Shown here: in pieces, positions 23,203 through 35,475 of the stretch
Position numbering within the stretch: the stretch's first letter is position 1
How the letters are laid out: every line of letters starts with the position of its first letter
From: an uncultured bacterium
Lineage (GTDB): Bacteria > Desulfobacterota_D > UBA1144 > Nemesobacterales > UBA2774
Direction of reading: 5' to 3'
Assembly: GCA_963825135.1 (NCBI GenBank)
Contig: CAWGRW010000009.1
Span: 2,496,001-2,560,000 of the forward strand
Length of the DNA stretch: 64,000 bases
Notes under the pieces: generated by a model
What the model was told of the DNA's origin: nothing
Databases searched by the model: none
Seen by the model: the letters and a program-made list of their open reading frames with translations, nothing else
Program-made: the position numbers and the translations under genes

Positions 23203-23934
23203 TTAGATTAACCTCACGTCTGTGATAACGCCCCTCGCGAGTAGGAATATGTAGAGGTCCGCGAGCGCGACGCCGAAGAGGCTCACCCAGGCCCACAGCA
23301 TGTGGTGCTCGTTGAGCGCGCTCGCCTTACCCCATAGCATGAACCGTGTAGGGCATTTCGAGAATACATCGAGATTGCCGCCTATAAGGTGGCGGAAAGA
23401 ATGGCATGACAGTGAATAGAACGTAAGCAAGGCGGCGTTCGCGAAAAGAACGAGCGTGCCCACGCCTACTCCGAACCCGTCTTCGAATTTAAGGGCCTTG
23501 AACGCGTCCACCCAGAGGAAGAAAAGAATCACCGCGGCGGCGTAGAAGAAATAGCGGTGTATGTTCTGGAGTATGAACGGGAGCTTCGACTCCCCCGTGT
23601 ATGAGCCTTCCTTCGCGAGAGGGCGCACAGCGCACGCAGGCGGGGAGAGGAAGAACGACCTGTAATAGGCCTTCCTGTAGTAGTAGCACGTCGCCCTGAA
23701 CCCGAGGGGGGCCCAGAGAATCAGTAACGCCGGGGAAAACGGCCACCAGGAGGCGAGTATGTAAGGCGAGTAAAAGGGAGAGATGTAAGGCGCGACGAAA
23801 TAATCGGCGTTTGAGAACGCGCGCCATGTGGAATAGATACCGAACGACCCGAGCACTACCGCCGTTACCAGCGGAGCAACCCACCACGTGTCCCGCCTCA
23901 ATGTCATCGCGCTCTGCGCGGATCCGTTTGCCAT
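23203..23934 (-). CDS. Sdh membrane anchor of the actinobacterial Sdh1 (Rv0249c-like) type
   Basis: Multiple TM segments; FRATCYYYRKAYYRSF..PPACAV, SCHSFRH, HHMLWAW; contiguous with sdhA. Confidence 0.8.
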   Translation of the reverse strand: MANGSAQSAMTLRRDTWWVAPLVTAVVLGSFGIYSTWRAFSNADYFVAPYISPFYSPYILASWWPFSPALLILWAPLGFRATCYYYRKAYYRSFFLSPPACAVRPLAKEGSYTGESKLPFILQNIHRYFFYAAAVILFFLWVDAFKALKFEDGFGVGVGTLVLFANAALLTFYSLSCHSFRHLIGGNLDVFSKCPTRFMLWGKASALNEHHMLWAWVSLFGVALADLYIFLLARGVITDVRLI

Positions 23935-24018
23935 CTCGGCACCTCCGTAAGTAATCTCAGTAGATGTATTTTGGTGTCACGGGCTTATTTTTTTAACGAC
24001 TCGGGAAATCGGCCTGTA

Positions 24019-24047
24019 ATATTATATAAACGCTAAGTTCTAGTCAA
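24019..24047 (-). promoter_or_regulatory. Sigma70-type promoter for the sdh-sucC operon
   Basis: TTGACT followed at 15-17 nt by overlapping TATAAT/TAATAT. Confidence 0.55.
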
Positions 24048-24081
24048 GCTGCCCGATACGCCGAGAGGGCCGTGATTCCTC

Positions 24082-25060
<979 letters not shown>

Positions 25061-25117
25061 TTATCGTTATTTATTTCCTGTTGTTATCTGCCGGATATTT
25101 ACGATCGTTGCATGGAT

Positions 25118-26371
25118 CTAAACCAGCACCCTGTCCATGTTGGCTGCAATCGCCTCGCCGAACTCCGAGCACTTGAGGAGCTTCGCATTCTCCAGCTGAC
25201 GCTCGAGGTCGTACGTGACCGTCTTGTCGAGTATCGTAAGCTCCATCGCCTTTACTATGAGGTCGGCGGCTTCGTTCCAGCCCAGGTATTCGAACATCAT
25301 GACGCCCGACAGTATCAACGAGCCCGGGTTCACCCTGTCCTGCCCCGCGTACTTGGGGGCCGTCCCGTGGGTGGCTTCGAAGAGCGCGAGGTAATCGCCG
25401 ATGTTTCCCCCAGGGGCCATTCCGAGCCCGCCCACCTGCGCCGCGCACGCGTCGGACAGGTAATCGCCGTTTAAGTTCGCTGTAGCTATGACGTTGTATT
25501 CCCTCGTCCTCGTGAGTATCTGCTGCAGCATGTTGTCGGCTATCCTGTCGTTTATTACAACCATCCCCTCGGGTCTCTTTCCGCCGTGTTTATCCCAGAG
25601 GTCCTCTTCCGTTATCACCTGGTTAGGGAATTCTTCCCTCGCGAGCTCGTAGCCCCAGTCCCTGAAAGCGCCCTCGGTGAACTTCATGATGTTCCCCTTG
25701 TGCACGATTGTGACGCTCTCCTCCCCCTTTTCGATCGCGTGTTTTAGCGCCTTGCGGACGAGCCTCTTCGTTCCGAACGGGCTAATGGGCTTTATGCCGA
25801 TGCCGGAGCCTTCCCTGATGTTAACGCCGTATTTATCGACGAGGTAGTTTCTTATATCTATCGCTTCCTTCGAGCCGCTCTGCCATTCTATGCCCGAATA
25901 AACGTCCTCCGTGTTCTCCCTGAATATGATCATGTCCATATCCTCGGGCCTCTTTATCGGGGACGGAGTGCCTTTTATATACCGCACGGGGCGGACGCAC
26001 GCGTAGAGGTCCAGCATCTGCCTGAGTGCGACGTTAAGGCTCCTGATCCCTCCGCCTATGGGAGTGGTGAGGGGCCCTTTAATCGATACTACATATTCCC
26101 TCAAGTCCTCGAGTGTCTCTTCGGGCAGCCATTCGCCTTTTTGCTCGAACGCCTTCTCTCCCGTCAGCACCTCGCGCCACGCTATCTTTCTTTTGCCTTT
26201 GTAGGCCTTTTCCACGGCGGCGTCGAACACGATCTTGGACGCTCTCCAGATGTCGGGACCCGTGCCGTCCCCTTCGATGAATGGTATTATCGGATGGTCC
26301 GGGACTATGATGGCTTCGTTCTTTTTGTCGATTCGAATTTTTTGTCCCACACTCGGTTTTGAGGATGACAT
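25118..26371 (-). CDS. icd: NADP isocitrate dehydrogenase (E. coli type)
   Basis: [53 protein letters not shown]. Confidence 0.97.
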   Translation of the reverse strand: MSSSKPSVGQKIRIDKKNEAIIVPDHPIIPFIEGDGTGPDIWRASKIVFDAAVEKAYKGKRKIAWREVLTGEKAFEQKGEWLPEETLEDLREYVVSIKGPLTTPIGGGIRSLNVALRQMLDLYACVRPVRYIKGTPSPIKRPEDMDMIIFRENTEDVYSGIEWQSGSKEAIDIRNYLVDKYGVNIREGSGIGIKPISPFGTKRLVRKALKHAIEKGEESVTIVHKGNIMKFTEGAFRDWGYELAREEFPNQVITEEDLWDKHGGKRPEGMVVINDRIADNMLQQILTRTREYNVIATANLNGDYLSDACAAQVGGLGMAPGGNIGDYLALFEATHGTAPKYAGQDRVNPGSLILSGVMMFEYLGWNEAADLIVKAMELTILDKTVTYDLERQLENAKLLKCSEFGEAIAANMDRVLV

Positions 26372-26543
26372 CGTTAAAACTCCTGTTGAAAAATTTGGAC
26401 TGAAATATAAATAATAAACGCCTGAAATTCAAATAATTTAAGAGCGAATCCTATTCAGGGCATAGTCTGCCCGTACCCGGCCGCCCTGCGTAAAGACAAT
26501 TGACATGGATGGTATAAATACCGCCTTGACTGAGAGGGGTGAA

Positions 26544-29241
26544 TTATTGCTTCATCATCTGTCTCAGCACCGTTTGCAGTATCCCTCCGTTTCTATAATA
26601 TTCGACCTCGATCGGACTGTCCAGACGGCATATTGCGTTAAACGTAAAGTTATCCCCTGTCTTTCCTGGTAACGCTGACCGGTATGTCCTTGCCCGGTCT
26701 CAAATCCTCCGTGACGCCATTTATGTCGTAAGTCTCGTAACCGGTGAGCCCGTACGTGCGGGCGGTTTCCCCGTCCTTGAATTGCAGCGGGAGGACGCCC
26801 ATCCCCACGAGGTTGCTCCTGTGTATCCTTTCGAAGCTTTCCGCGATTACCGCCCTGACGCCCAGGAGTACGGTGCCCTTGGCGGCCCAGTCGCGCGAGC
26901 TGCCCGTGCCGTATTCCTTGCCGCCGATTATGATGAGCTGTGTCCCTTCCGCCTGATATTTCATCGACGCGTCGAATATGCTCATCTGTTCGCCGCTCGG
27001 TATGTGTTTCGTGACGCCGCCCTCTATCCCCGGCAGCATGAGGTTTTTTATTCTTATATTGGCGAAAGTCCCCCGTATCATGACCTCGTGGTTTCCCCTT
27101 CGGGACCCGAAGCTGTTGAAGTCCCCGGGCTTGACGCCGCGGGCGATGAGGTATTTCCCTGCTGGGCCGTCTTTCGGTATGGAGCCCGCGGGGGAAATGT
27201 GGTCGGTCGTTATGGAGTCCCCGAGGAGCGCGAGCGCTCGTGCTCCGCTGACGTCTTTCGTCCCGGGCACGTCGAGAGAGAACTCCTCGAAGAACGACGG
27301 GTTCTGGATGTACGTGGAGCCCTTGTCCCACTTGTAGAGGTTCCCCTCCGGAACCGTGAGGTTCTTCCAGGTCTCGTCCCCTTCGAAGACGTGTTTATAC
27401 TGCGCCCTGAACATCTCCGGATTCAGCACCCTGTTCACCGTATCGCTTATTTCTTTCTGAGTCGGCCAGATGTCCTTCAAATATACGGGCTTTCCGTCGG
27501 ACCCCGTGCCGAGCGGTTCTTTGTATACGTCTATGTCCACCGTGCCCGCGAGCGCGAAGGCCACAACGAGCGGGGGAGAGGCGAGGTAGGAAAATTTAAC
27601 GAAGGGATGGATGCGTCCCTCGAAGTTCCTGTTCCCGCTCAGCACGGCAGCGCAGGTGAGGTCGTTCGCCTTTATGGCCTCCTCGACCGGGGCCGGCAGC
27701 GGGCCGCTGTTCCCTATGCAGGTCGTGCAGCCGTATCCGACGAGATCGAAGCCGAGCTTGTCCAGATATTCCGTCAGTCCCGCGGCATCGAGGTAGTCGG
27801 TCACGACCCTCGAGCCCGGGGCGAGGCTCGTCTTGACGGAGGACTTTACGGTCAGTCCCTTTTCTACAGCTTTCTTGGCGACAAGCCCCGAGGCCACCAT
27901 GACGGACGGGTTCGAGGTGTTCGTGCAGCTCGTTATCGCCGCAATCGCAACGGAGCCGTTGCCGATAACTTCCTTTTTGCCGTCGAGTTCAATCTCTACT
28001 TTTTTATTGAGGTCTTTCCCCTCGCCCCCGGCCTTGGTCTTGAGGACGGTCTCATATGATTTCTTGAGTGATTTAAGGGAGACCCGGTCCTGAGGGCGGC
28101 TCGGTCCGGCAAGCGACGGCTCTACCTTCGAGATGTCGAGCCCTAGCGTGTCCGTATATAACGGGTCCGGGGTGTCGTCCGTCCTGAATAGTCCCTGCTC
28201 TTTCGCGTACGTCTCCACGAGCTCGACGAGCTTCCTGTCCCTTCCGGTTATCCTGAGATAAATGAGTGTTTCCTCGTCTACCGGGAAAAAACCCATCGTC
28301 GCGCCGTATTCGGGCGCCATGTTCGCGATAGTGGCCTTGTCCGAGAGCGCGAGCTGGCTCAGGCCCGGCCCGTAGAACTCGACGAACTTTCCGACGACGC
28401 CCTTTTTCCTGAGCATCTCGGTCACCGTGAGCACAAGGTCGGTCGCCGTAACGCCCTCCGAGAGCTGTCCGTAGAGCTTAAAGCCTATAACGTCCGGCAT
28501 GAGCATGTAGAGGGGCTGCCCCAGCATGCACGCCTCGGCCTCTATGCCCCCGACGCCCCATCCGAGAACGCTGAGACCGTTAATCATGGTCGTGTGCGAG
28601 TCCGTGCCCACGAGTGTGTCGGGATAGGCTATGGTCTTGCCGTTTATCACGGCCGAGGAGACGACGCTTGCAAGGCACTCGAGGTTCACCTGATGCACTA
28701 TGCCGGTACCCGGGGGGACGACCCTGAAATTATCGAAGGCCTTCTGCGCCCATCTCAGGAATGCATACCTTTCGCCGTTTCTCTCGTATTCGCGCTCGAC
28801 GTTAAGAGTGAACGCCTTATCGTTTGCGAAATAATCGACCTGCACGGAGTGGTCGATGACGAGGTCGACGGGGACTATAGGATTGATCTTCTCGGGGTTC
28901 CCCCCGAGCCTGTTTACGACTGTCCTCATGGCCGCCAGGTCGACGACGCAGGGCACTCCGGTGAAGTCCTGGAGTATTACGCGGGCGGGACAGTAGGGTA
29001 TTTCTTCGGCGTTCTCGTTCTCGGGACTCCATCCGGCGAGAGCGCTCACGTGATTGTCGTTTATTACGGACCCGTCATAATTCCTTATTACGTTCTCGAG
29101 CAGTATTTTTATCGAAACCGGGAGGCGGGAAATATTCTTCCCGAGGGATTTTTCTATGGACTTCAATGAATAATAATTTACCTCTCCCGAACTCGTTTTA
29201 AGCGTAGCAAGGGCATTCAGTTTATTGTTGATTTCACTCAT
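26544..29241 (-). CDS. acnA: Aconitate hydratase A, apparent frameshift near 26659
   Basis: [36 protein letters not shown]; the conserved end [24 protein letters not shown] lies in another frame and stops at 26544. Confidence 0.93.
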
Positions 29242-29468
29242 TCTATTCTCCTTAGCTTGCTGGTTAAGCGGAAGGTTTACCATAACATTCTACAGTTGAA
29301 TCGGGACAAATCAAGCGTACCGGGACGTCGAATCGGGGTGAATTTATATGACTCGAATGAATCCCAGGGGGGCGGTTATATATCGCAATTCCGTGGGGCC
29401 CTCGCCCGGTCAGACGGTGCGCGGGAATTATAACGATCCGGGGCCGGGAGCCGCCGCCTCTGCCCGAG

Positions 29469-30701
29469 TCAATCGACCTTTCTGAATATCAGGGAGGCGT
29501 TCGTGCCGCCGAAGCCGAACGAATTGCTGAGGGCGGTCTTGATGACGGCCTTCCTTGCCGTGTTCGGTACGTAGTCGAGGTCGCATTCCGGGTCCGGAAA
29601 CTCGTAGTTAATAGTCGGCGGGAGGGTGCCGTGTTCGAGCGCGAGCACGGTGAACGCCGCCTCGACCGCTCCCGCGGCGCCGAGGAGGTGACCGGTCATG
29701 GACTTCGTGGAGCTCACCGGAATCTTGTAGGCCCTGTCTCCGAAGACTTTTTTGATCGCGTTCGTTTCGTTAGAGTCGTTCAGCTGGGTCGATGTCCCGT
29801 GGGCGTTGATGTACTCAATTTCTTCAGGGTTTATTCCCCCGTCCTTCATGGCCGCGAGCATGCACCGCTCGGGCCCGTCGAGAGACGGCGCCGTTATGTG
29901 GCTCGCGTCGCTGCTCATACCGTACCCTACTATCTCCGCGTATATCCTGGCCCCCCTCTTCTTCGCGAGCTCCATCTCTTCGAGTATGAGCATCCCCGAG
30001 CCTTCGCCGATGATGAAACCGTCCCTTTCCTTGTCGAACGGCCGTGAGGCGCGCTCGGGCTCGTCGTTCCGCGTGGAGAGCGCCCGCATGGCGTTAAACC
30101 CGCCGAACGTGAGCGGGATGATGGGGGCCTCCGTACCGCCCGCGAACATAACGTCGGCCTCGCCGTTCCTTATCGCCATTGCGGCGTAGCCGATAGCATG
30201 GGCGCTCGCGGCGCACGCCGTGGTCGTGCAGCAGTTGGGGCCCTTGGCGTTAAAGAATATCGATACGTATCCGGCGGCCATGTTGTTGATAATATTTGTA
30301 ATGAAGAACGGGGATAGACGTCCGGGGCCTTTTTCATCCAGTATGTGCACCGTATTGACGTATGTCTCCATACCGCCGATGCCGGAGCCGATGATGGTCC
30401 CCGTGAGCGGGGAGAGCTCTTCCGTTATCTCGAGCCCCGAATCCTCGAGCGCGAGCTTCGCGGAGGCGACGGCGTATTGTATAAACGCGTCCGTCTTCCT
30501 CGCCTCCTTCGGGTTCATGAAAAGCTCCGGGTCGAAGCCGTGGATCTCGGCGGCTATCTGTGTCTTGTGTTCGGTCGGATCGAACTTCGTGACCCTCCGC
30601 ACGCCCGAACGCCCGGCGCAAACCGCGTCCCAGGTCTCCTTGTTCCCGATACCGAGAGGCGTAACGAGCCCTACTCCGGTAACCGCTACCCTTCTTTTCA
30701 T
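29469..30701 (-). CDS. fabF: 3-oxoacyl-ACP synthase II
   Basis: TACA catalytic Cys, NAHGTST, GHLLGAAG, SNSFGFGG. Confidence 0.96.
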   Translation of the reverse strand: MKRRVAVTGVGLVTPLGIGNKETWDAVCAGRSGVRRVTKFDPTEHKTQIAAEIHGFDPELFMNPKEARKTDAFIQYAVASAKLALEDSGLEITEELSPLTGTIIGSGIGGMETYVNTVHILDEKGPGRLSPFFITNIINNMAAGYVSIFFNAKGPNCCTTTACAASAHAIGYAAMAIRNGEADVMFAGGTEAPIIPLTFGGFNAMRALSTRNDEPERASRPFDKERDGFIIGEGSGMLILEEMELAKKRGARIYAEIVGYGMSSDASHITAPSLDGPERCMLAAMKDGGINPEEIEYINAHGTSTQLNDSNETNAIKKVFGDRAYKIPVSSTKSMTGHLLGAAGAVEAAFTVLALEHGTLPPTINYEFPDPECDLDYVPNTARKAVIKTALSNSFGFGGTNASLIFRKVD

Positions 30702-30946
30702 TACTTTTTGCGCTCCAATATGAAGTTGACCGCGTCCTGAACCGTTATGATGGACTCCGCGTCCTCGTCGGATATCTCAAGACCGAACTCATCCTCCATC
30801 GACATGATTAGCTCTACCAGATCGAGGGAATCGGCTCCGAGGTCTTCGATGAACGAAGATTCCGGAGAAATCTCTTCCTCAGTTTTACCCAACTGACTCG
30901 CCACCATCTCTTTGACTTTTACGAGTATTTCCTTGTCCTGAGCCAT
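30701..30946 (-). CDS. acpP: Acyl carrier protein
   Basis: [14 protein letters not shown] phosphopantetheine site. Confidence 0.97.
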   Translation of the reverse strand: MAQDKEILVKVKEMVASQLGKTEEEISPESSFIEDLGADSLDLVELIMSMEDEFGLEISDEDAESIITVQDAVNFILERKK

Positions 30947-30968
30947 ATCAAACACCTCCTGTTTTATA

Positions 30969-31715
30969 TTAAGTGTATATTCCGCCGTTAACCCGTATCA
31001 CCTCGCCCGTGATGTACGAGGCATCTTCCGAAGTCAGGAATGCGACCACGCCGGCGATGTCCTCGGGCGAGCCGTACCTGCCCATGGGTATCCTTTCTAT
31101 GTACTGTTTCTTTATATCTTCCGGGAGACTGTTGTTGATATCCGTCTCTATAAAGCCGGGGCTAATCGCGTTTACGGTTATGGACCGGGGCGCCATTTCC
31201 CTGGCCGCTGCCTTCGTGAAGCCGATGATGCCCGCTTTGGACGCGGCGTAGTTCGTCTGACCGGCATTCCCCATCTCCCCCACGACCGACGTCAGATTTA
31301 TGATCCTTCCCCACCTCTGCTTCATCATCGTGCGCGTTACGGCTTTCGTACAGTTAAAGACCCCGTTGAGGTTGGTGGAAATCACCCTGTCCCAATCCTC
31401 TTTGTTCATCCTTACCAAAAGCGTGTCATGAACTATCCCGGCGTTATTTATGAGGATGTGTATCCCCCCGTGCTCAACTATGATCTCCTCGATCATCTTC
31501 TGCGTCGTTTCGTAATCGGAGACGTCGAATTTAGAGACTGCGCCCTTCCCTCCCGCTTTTTCTATCTCCGTGATGACGTCCCGGGCCGCCGATTCGTTCC
31601 TGGCATAATTGACCACTACGAATGCGCCCCCGGCCGCGAGCCTGAGCGCAACAGCCTTTCCGATCCCTCTCGATCCCCCGGTTACGAGCGCTATCTTTTT
31701 TTCAGTTTCAGCCAT
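30969..31715 (-). CDS. fabG: 3-oxoacyl-ACP reductase
   Basis: [27 protein letters not shown]. Confidence 0.96.
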   Translation of the reverse strand: MAETEKKIALVTGGSRGIGKAVALRLAAGGAFVVVNYARNESAARDVITEIEKAGGKGAVSKFDVSDYETTQKMIEEIIVEHGGIHILINNAGIVHDTLLVRMNKEDWDRVISTNLNGVFNCTKAVTRTMMKQRWGRIINLTSVVGEMGNAGQTNYAASKAGIIGFTKAAAREMAPRSITVNAISPGFIETDINNSLPEDIKKQYIERIPMGRYGSPEDIAGVVAFLTSEDASYITGEVIRVNGGIYT

Positions 31716-32634
31716 TTTTGAGTGACTCCAGTTGTGACCTGTTTTCGAGATTGCATACCGCCGCGTCGGGAAGCGTCCTTTTTATCAGGCCCGCGAGCAC
31801 GTTCTTTGGGCCTATTTCAACGAACTTGCCGACCCCCTCTCTCCCGAGGGTCTCCACGGATTCGTACCACCTCACGGGGCTAGTGACCTGCCTGACCAGG
31901 AGGTCCCTGGTCCTGGCAGAATCGCTGTTTACGGCGGCGTCGCAGTTAGTCACTATCGGCGCGTTCATTTCCGTAAATTCGATTGTATCCAAGACCTCCG
32001 CCAGCCTCTCGGCGGCGGGCTTCATGAGTATGCAGTGGAAGGGGGCGCTCACGTCGAGCGGCACGACCCTTTTCGCGCCTTTAATTTTAGCTTCCTCGGA
32101 TGCCTTCATTACGGCTTCCCTGCTCCCCGAGATTACTGTCTGACCGGGGGCGTTGAGGTTCGCCGGGCTCGCGACCCCGGAACCGACGGACACCGCTTCG
32201 CATATCTCCCGGATGGCTCCGATTTCAAGCCCGAGGATCGCCGTCATAGCCCCTTCTCCGACGGGCACCGCTTCCTGCATAAACTCACCCCTTTTTCTTA
32301 CCACAAAAACGGCGTCTTTGAAAGCCATCGACCCGTTCGCGACAAGCGCCGAATACTCCCCGAGGCTGTGACCGGCGACGAAGTCGGGTTTGATGCCCGC
32401 TTCGCCGTCGAGGACCCTGAGGGCCGCCGTAGAAGCGGTAAGTATAGCAGGCTGGGCGTTTGCGGTCAGTGAAAGCTCGCCGGGGTCGCCTTCGAAACAA
32501 AGCCGCGCCATATCGAAGCCGAGAACGTCGCTCGCCTCTTCGAAGGTCCTCTTCGCGGAGGCGAACTCTTCGTAAAGCTCCTTGCACATTCCCGTATACT
32601 GGGAGCCCTGGCCGGGGAACACGAAAGCAATCAT
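31708..32634 (-). CDS. fabD: Malonyl-CoA:ACP transacylase
   Basis: FPGQGSQ, GHSLGE, SAPFH. Confidence 0.96.
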   Translation of the reverse strand: MIAFVFPGQGSQYTGMCKELYEEFASAKRTFEEASDVLGFDMARLCFEGDPGELSLTANAQPAILTASTAALRVLDGEAGIKPDFVAGHSLGEYSALVANGSMAFKDAVFVVRKRGEFMQEAVPVGEGAMTAILGLEIGAIREICEAVSVGSGVASPANLNAPGQTVISGSREAVMKASEEAKIKGAKRVVPLDVSAPFHCILMKPAAERLAEVLDTIEFTEMNAPIVTNCDAAVNSDSARTRDLLVRQVTSPVRWYESVETLGREGVGKFVEIGPKNVLAGLIKRTLPDAAVCNLENRSQLESLKNG

Positions 32635-32665
32635 CGGATTATTTCCTTAATTGACGGAGAAAACC

Positions 32666-32857
32666 TTATGAAAGCTCTTGCTGTTTTTCTTTTATGTATG
32701 TCTTGCCCTTGTGAAACCCGCAGCTGGGGCACGCCCTGTGCTGCGGTCTGTGCTCGCCGCAGTTCTTGCAAACGGAAAGACCGGGCACCGCAACTTTATA
32801 GTGGGTCCTGTTTTTCCTGGACCTGGACCTGGAATGTTTTCTTTTCGGAAGTCCCAT
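32666..32857 (-). CDS. rpmF: 50S ribosomal protein L32
   Basis: PKRKHSRSR, CKNC..HRACPSCG. Confidence 0.95.
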   Translation of the reverse strand: MGLPKRKHSRSRSRKNRTHYKVAVPGLSVCKNCGEHRPQHRACPSCGFHKGKTYIKEKQQELS

Positions 32858-32887
32858 TTTTCATTCTCCCTGTGTCTTCTTCGTAAT

Positions 32888-33400
32888 TTATAGTTTCAGT
32901 TTCTTGAGCACGGCGAACCTGGGGTCTTCCCATTGCTTCTCGCAGTCGCAAGATTCTCTGTTCAAATTGGCCCCGCATTTCGGGCACAGACCCCTGCAGT
33001 CCTCGCCGCAGACGACCTTTACCGGCAGCGAAACGGCAATGAGCCCTCTTAAGTAATCATCGAGGTCGACCTCGTCCCCCCTGTAGGTCTCGTGATCGAT
33101 GTCACCGACGTCTTTGACCTTGTCGGCCGGTGAAAGCATGAGCCTTATCTCGGGCTTTATATCGAGCCTTACCGTATCAAGGCATCTGGAGCACGGGGCC
33201 TCTATGGAAAAAGAGAGATTCCCCAGCACCGTGACTTCCCTGAGCGCCTTGGTCAGCACCAGGTCCACATCTATATCGGATGCGAGCCTGGTGTTCTCCT
33301 CGCCCGACTGCAGCTCCGGAATATTATCGAGCCACCCGGGACTCATGCGCGTATGAATGTGGAGCCCCTCGTCCCTGATATCCGATACGCTGATTTTCAT
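32888..33400 (-). CDS. YceD/DUF177 family protein
   Basis: CSRCL, C..DCRGLCPKCGANLN..C.C, DPRFAVL; typical position upstream of rpmF. Confidence 0.92.
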   Translation of the reverse strand: MKISVSDIRDEGLHIHTRMSPGWLDNIPELQSGEENTRLASDIDVDLVLTKALREVTVLGNLSFSIEAPCSRCLDTVRLDIKPEIRLMLSPADKVKDVGDIDHETYRGDEVDLDDYLRGLIAVSLPVKVVCGEDCRGLCPKCGANLNRESCDCEKQWEDPRFAVLKKLKL

Positions 33401-33497
33401 TGCCCCGACCCTTGTCAAATAACTATTTAAAATTAACGGGTCTAAATAATAATACAAGATGAGAGGTTTGCAAGTAAAACTTGAAAGCCGGGGGATG

Positions 33498-34466
33498 TCA
33501 GGCGAGATGGCAGGAGACCAGGTGTCCCCCTCCCGCGTCCCTGAGCTCGGGAGTGACGGAGCCGCACTTTTCGACCGCTATGGGGCAGCGGGGATGGAAG
33601 CTGCAGCCGGAGGGAGGGTTTATGGGGCTCGGCACATCCCCCTTGAGCACTGTCATTTTTCTCTTCTTTTCCGGGTCAGCTACCGGGACGGAGGATATAA
33701 GTATGCGGGTATAGGGGTGCAGCGGGTTCTTGTAGAGCTCTCCGCTCGGGGCGAACTCCACTATCTTCCCCAGGTACATGACCGCCACCCTGTCGCTTAT
33801 GTGACGCACCACCCGGAGGTCGTGGGATATAAAGAGGTAGGTGAGCCTGAATCTTTCCTGAAGCTCTATGAAAAGGTTGATAATCTGGGCCTGTACGGAG
33901 ACGTCGAGCGCCGATATGGGCTCGTCGCAGACGACGAACTCGGGGTTGAGCGCGAGCGCCCTCGCGATGGCTATCCTCTGCCTCTGCCCCCCGCTGAATT
34001 CGTGGGGGTAGCGCGACAGGACGTCTTCCCGGAGCCCGACCGTCCGCAGGAGCTCGCGGACAATGCCCCTTCTTTCGCCGGGCGAGGAGATGCCGTGTAT
34101 TACGAGCCCTTCCGCTACTATGCTCTCGACCTTCATCCTGGGGTTAAGCGAGCCGTAAGGGTCCTGGAAGACTATCTGCATCTTTTTTCTGTAAGCGCGC
34201 ATACCGGAGGGGGCGAGCTTGGTTATATTGTTCCCTTCAAAGAATATTTTGCCGTCCGTGGGCTCAAGGAGCTTGATTATCGTCTTTCCGAGCGTGGTCT
34301 TGCCGCATCCGCTCTCCCCGACGAGTCCGACCGTCTCGCCTTCGGATATCGTCATGTCCACGCCGTCGACGGCCTTGACGAAGTTGGTAACCCTCGAGAG
34401 GACCCCTGACTTCACGGGGAAGTATTTTTTTATTCCTTCCAGTTTAAGAATCTCTTTTAGCGGCAT
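33498..34466 (-). CDS. oppF: Oligopeptide ABC transporter ATPase (OppF-like)
   Basis: [31 protein letters not shown]. Confidence 0.9.
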   Translation of the reverse strand: MPLKEILKLEGIKKYFPVKSGVLSRVTNFVKAVDGVDMTISEGETVGLVGESGCGKTTLGKTIIKLLEPTDGKIFFEGNNITKLAPSGMRAYRKKMQIVFQDPYGSLNPRMKVESIVAEGLVIHGISSPGERRGIVRELLRTVGLREDVLSRYPHEFSGGQRQRIAIARALALNPEFVVCDEPISALDVSVQAQIINLFIELQERFRLTYLFISHDLRVVRHISDRVAVMYLGKIVEFAPSGELYKNPLHPYTRILISSVPVADPEKKRKMTVLKGDVPSPINPPSGCSFHPRCPIAVEKCGSVTPELRDAGGGHLVSCHLA

Positions 34467-34473
34467 ATCGCAC

Positions 34474-35451
34474 CTAAATGGTAACCTCGTCCGCCCGCCA
34501 GCACGCGGAGTAGTGTTCCCGCGCGCGCTCCGCGAGCGGGGGCTCCTCTCTCCTGCATTTGTCTATTACGAGCGGACACCTGTCCTGGAACCTGCACCCG
34601 ACGGGGAAGCTGTCCGGGCTCGGCACAGTGCCGGGAATGGCGTCGAGCCTTGCCTTACTCTCCCTGAGATCGGGTATGGAGTTTAGGAGCCCGACCGTAT
34701 AAGGGTGCTTCGGATTCTTGAACAGCTCCATGGTAACCGCGTGCTCGACCACCTTCCCCGCGTACATCACGTACACGGTGTCGGCCACCTCTGCGATTAT
34801 CCCGAGGTCGTGAGTTATGAGGAGGACCGCCATCCCCATCTTGACCCTGATGTCGTCTATGAGCTCGAGGATCCCCGCCTGTATCGTGACGTCGAGAGCC
34901 GTCGTGGGCTCGTCCGCGATGAGCACTTCGGGGCCGCAGGCAAGAGCCATGGCTATCATGACCCTCTGCGACATCCCTCCCGACAGCTCGTGCGGGTAGT
35001 TTTTGACCCTGCTCTCGGGGTCCGGTATCCCCACGAGCCTGAGCAGTGCGACTACCCTTTCTTTCTCTTCCTTCCTTGAAATGTTTAAATGAGTCCTGAG
35101 CGCCTCCCCCACCTGGTCCCCTACGGTGAAGACCGGGTTAAGGGAGCTTATGGGCTCCTGGAATATCATGGAAATCCTGTTTCCCCGGAGCGCGCGCATG
35201 TCCCTCTCCGTGTAATCGAGTATATTGGCGCCGTCGAACAATATCTCGCCCCCATCTATCCTGCCCGGGGGCTCGGGGATGAGGCGCATTACCGAAAGCG
35301 CCGTGACGGTCTTGCCGCAGCCGCTCTCCCCGACGACGCCTACGATCTTGCCCTGCGGTATCCTGAGGGTCACGCCGCTTACGACCTCCACCCTCGTCCC
35401 CTCGCTTGCGAACGATACCCTCAAATCCTTTATCTCGAGCGCGTTATCCAT
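34474..35451 (-). CDS. oppD: Oligopeptide ABC transporter ATPase (OppD-like)
   Basis: [25 protein letters not shown]. Confidence 0.9.
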   Translation of the reverse strand: MDNALEIKDLRVSFASEGTRVEVVSGVTLRIPQGKIVGVVGESGCGKTVTALSVMRLIPEPPGRIDGGEILFDGANILDYTERDMRALRGNRISMIFQEPISSLNPVFTVGDQVGEALRTHLNISRKEEKERVVALLRLVGIPDPESRVKNYPHELSGGMSQRVMIAMALACGPEVLIADEPTTALDVTIQAGILELIDDIRVKMGMAVLLITHDLGIIAEVADTVYVMYAGKVVEHAVTMELFKNPKHPYTVGLLNSIPDLRESKARLDAIPGTVPSPDSFPVGCRFQDRCPLVIDKCRREEPPLAERAREHYSACWRADEVTI

Positions 35452-35475
35452 GTCCGTGTCTTCGTTCTCTTCCCG

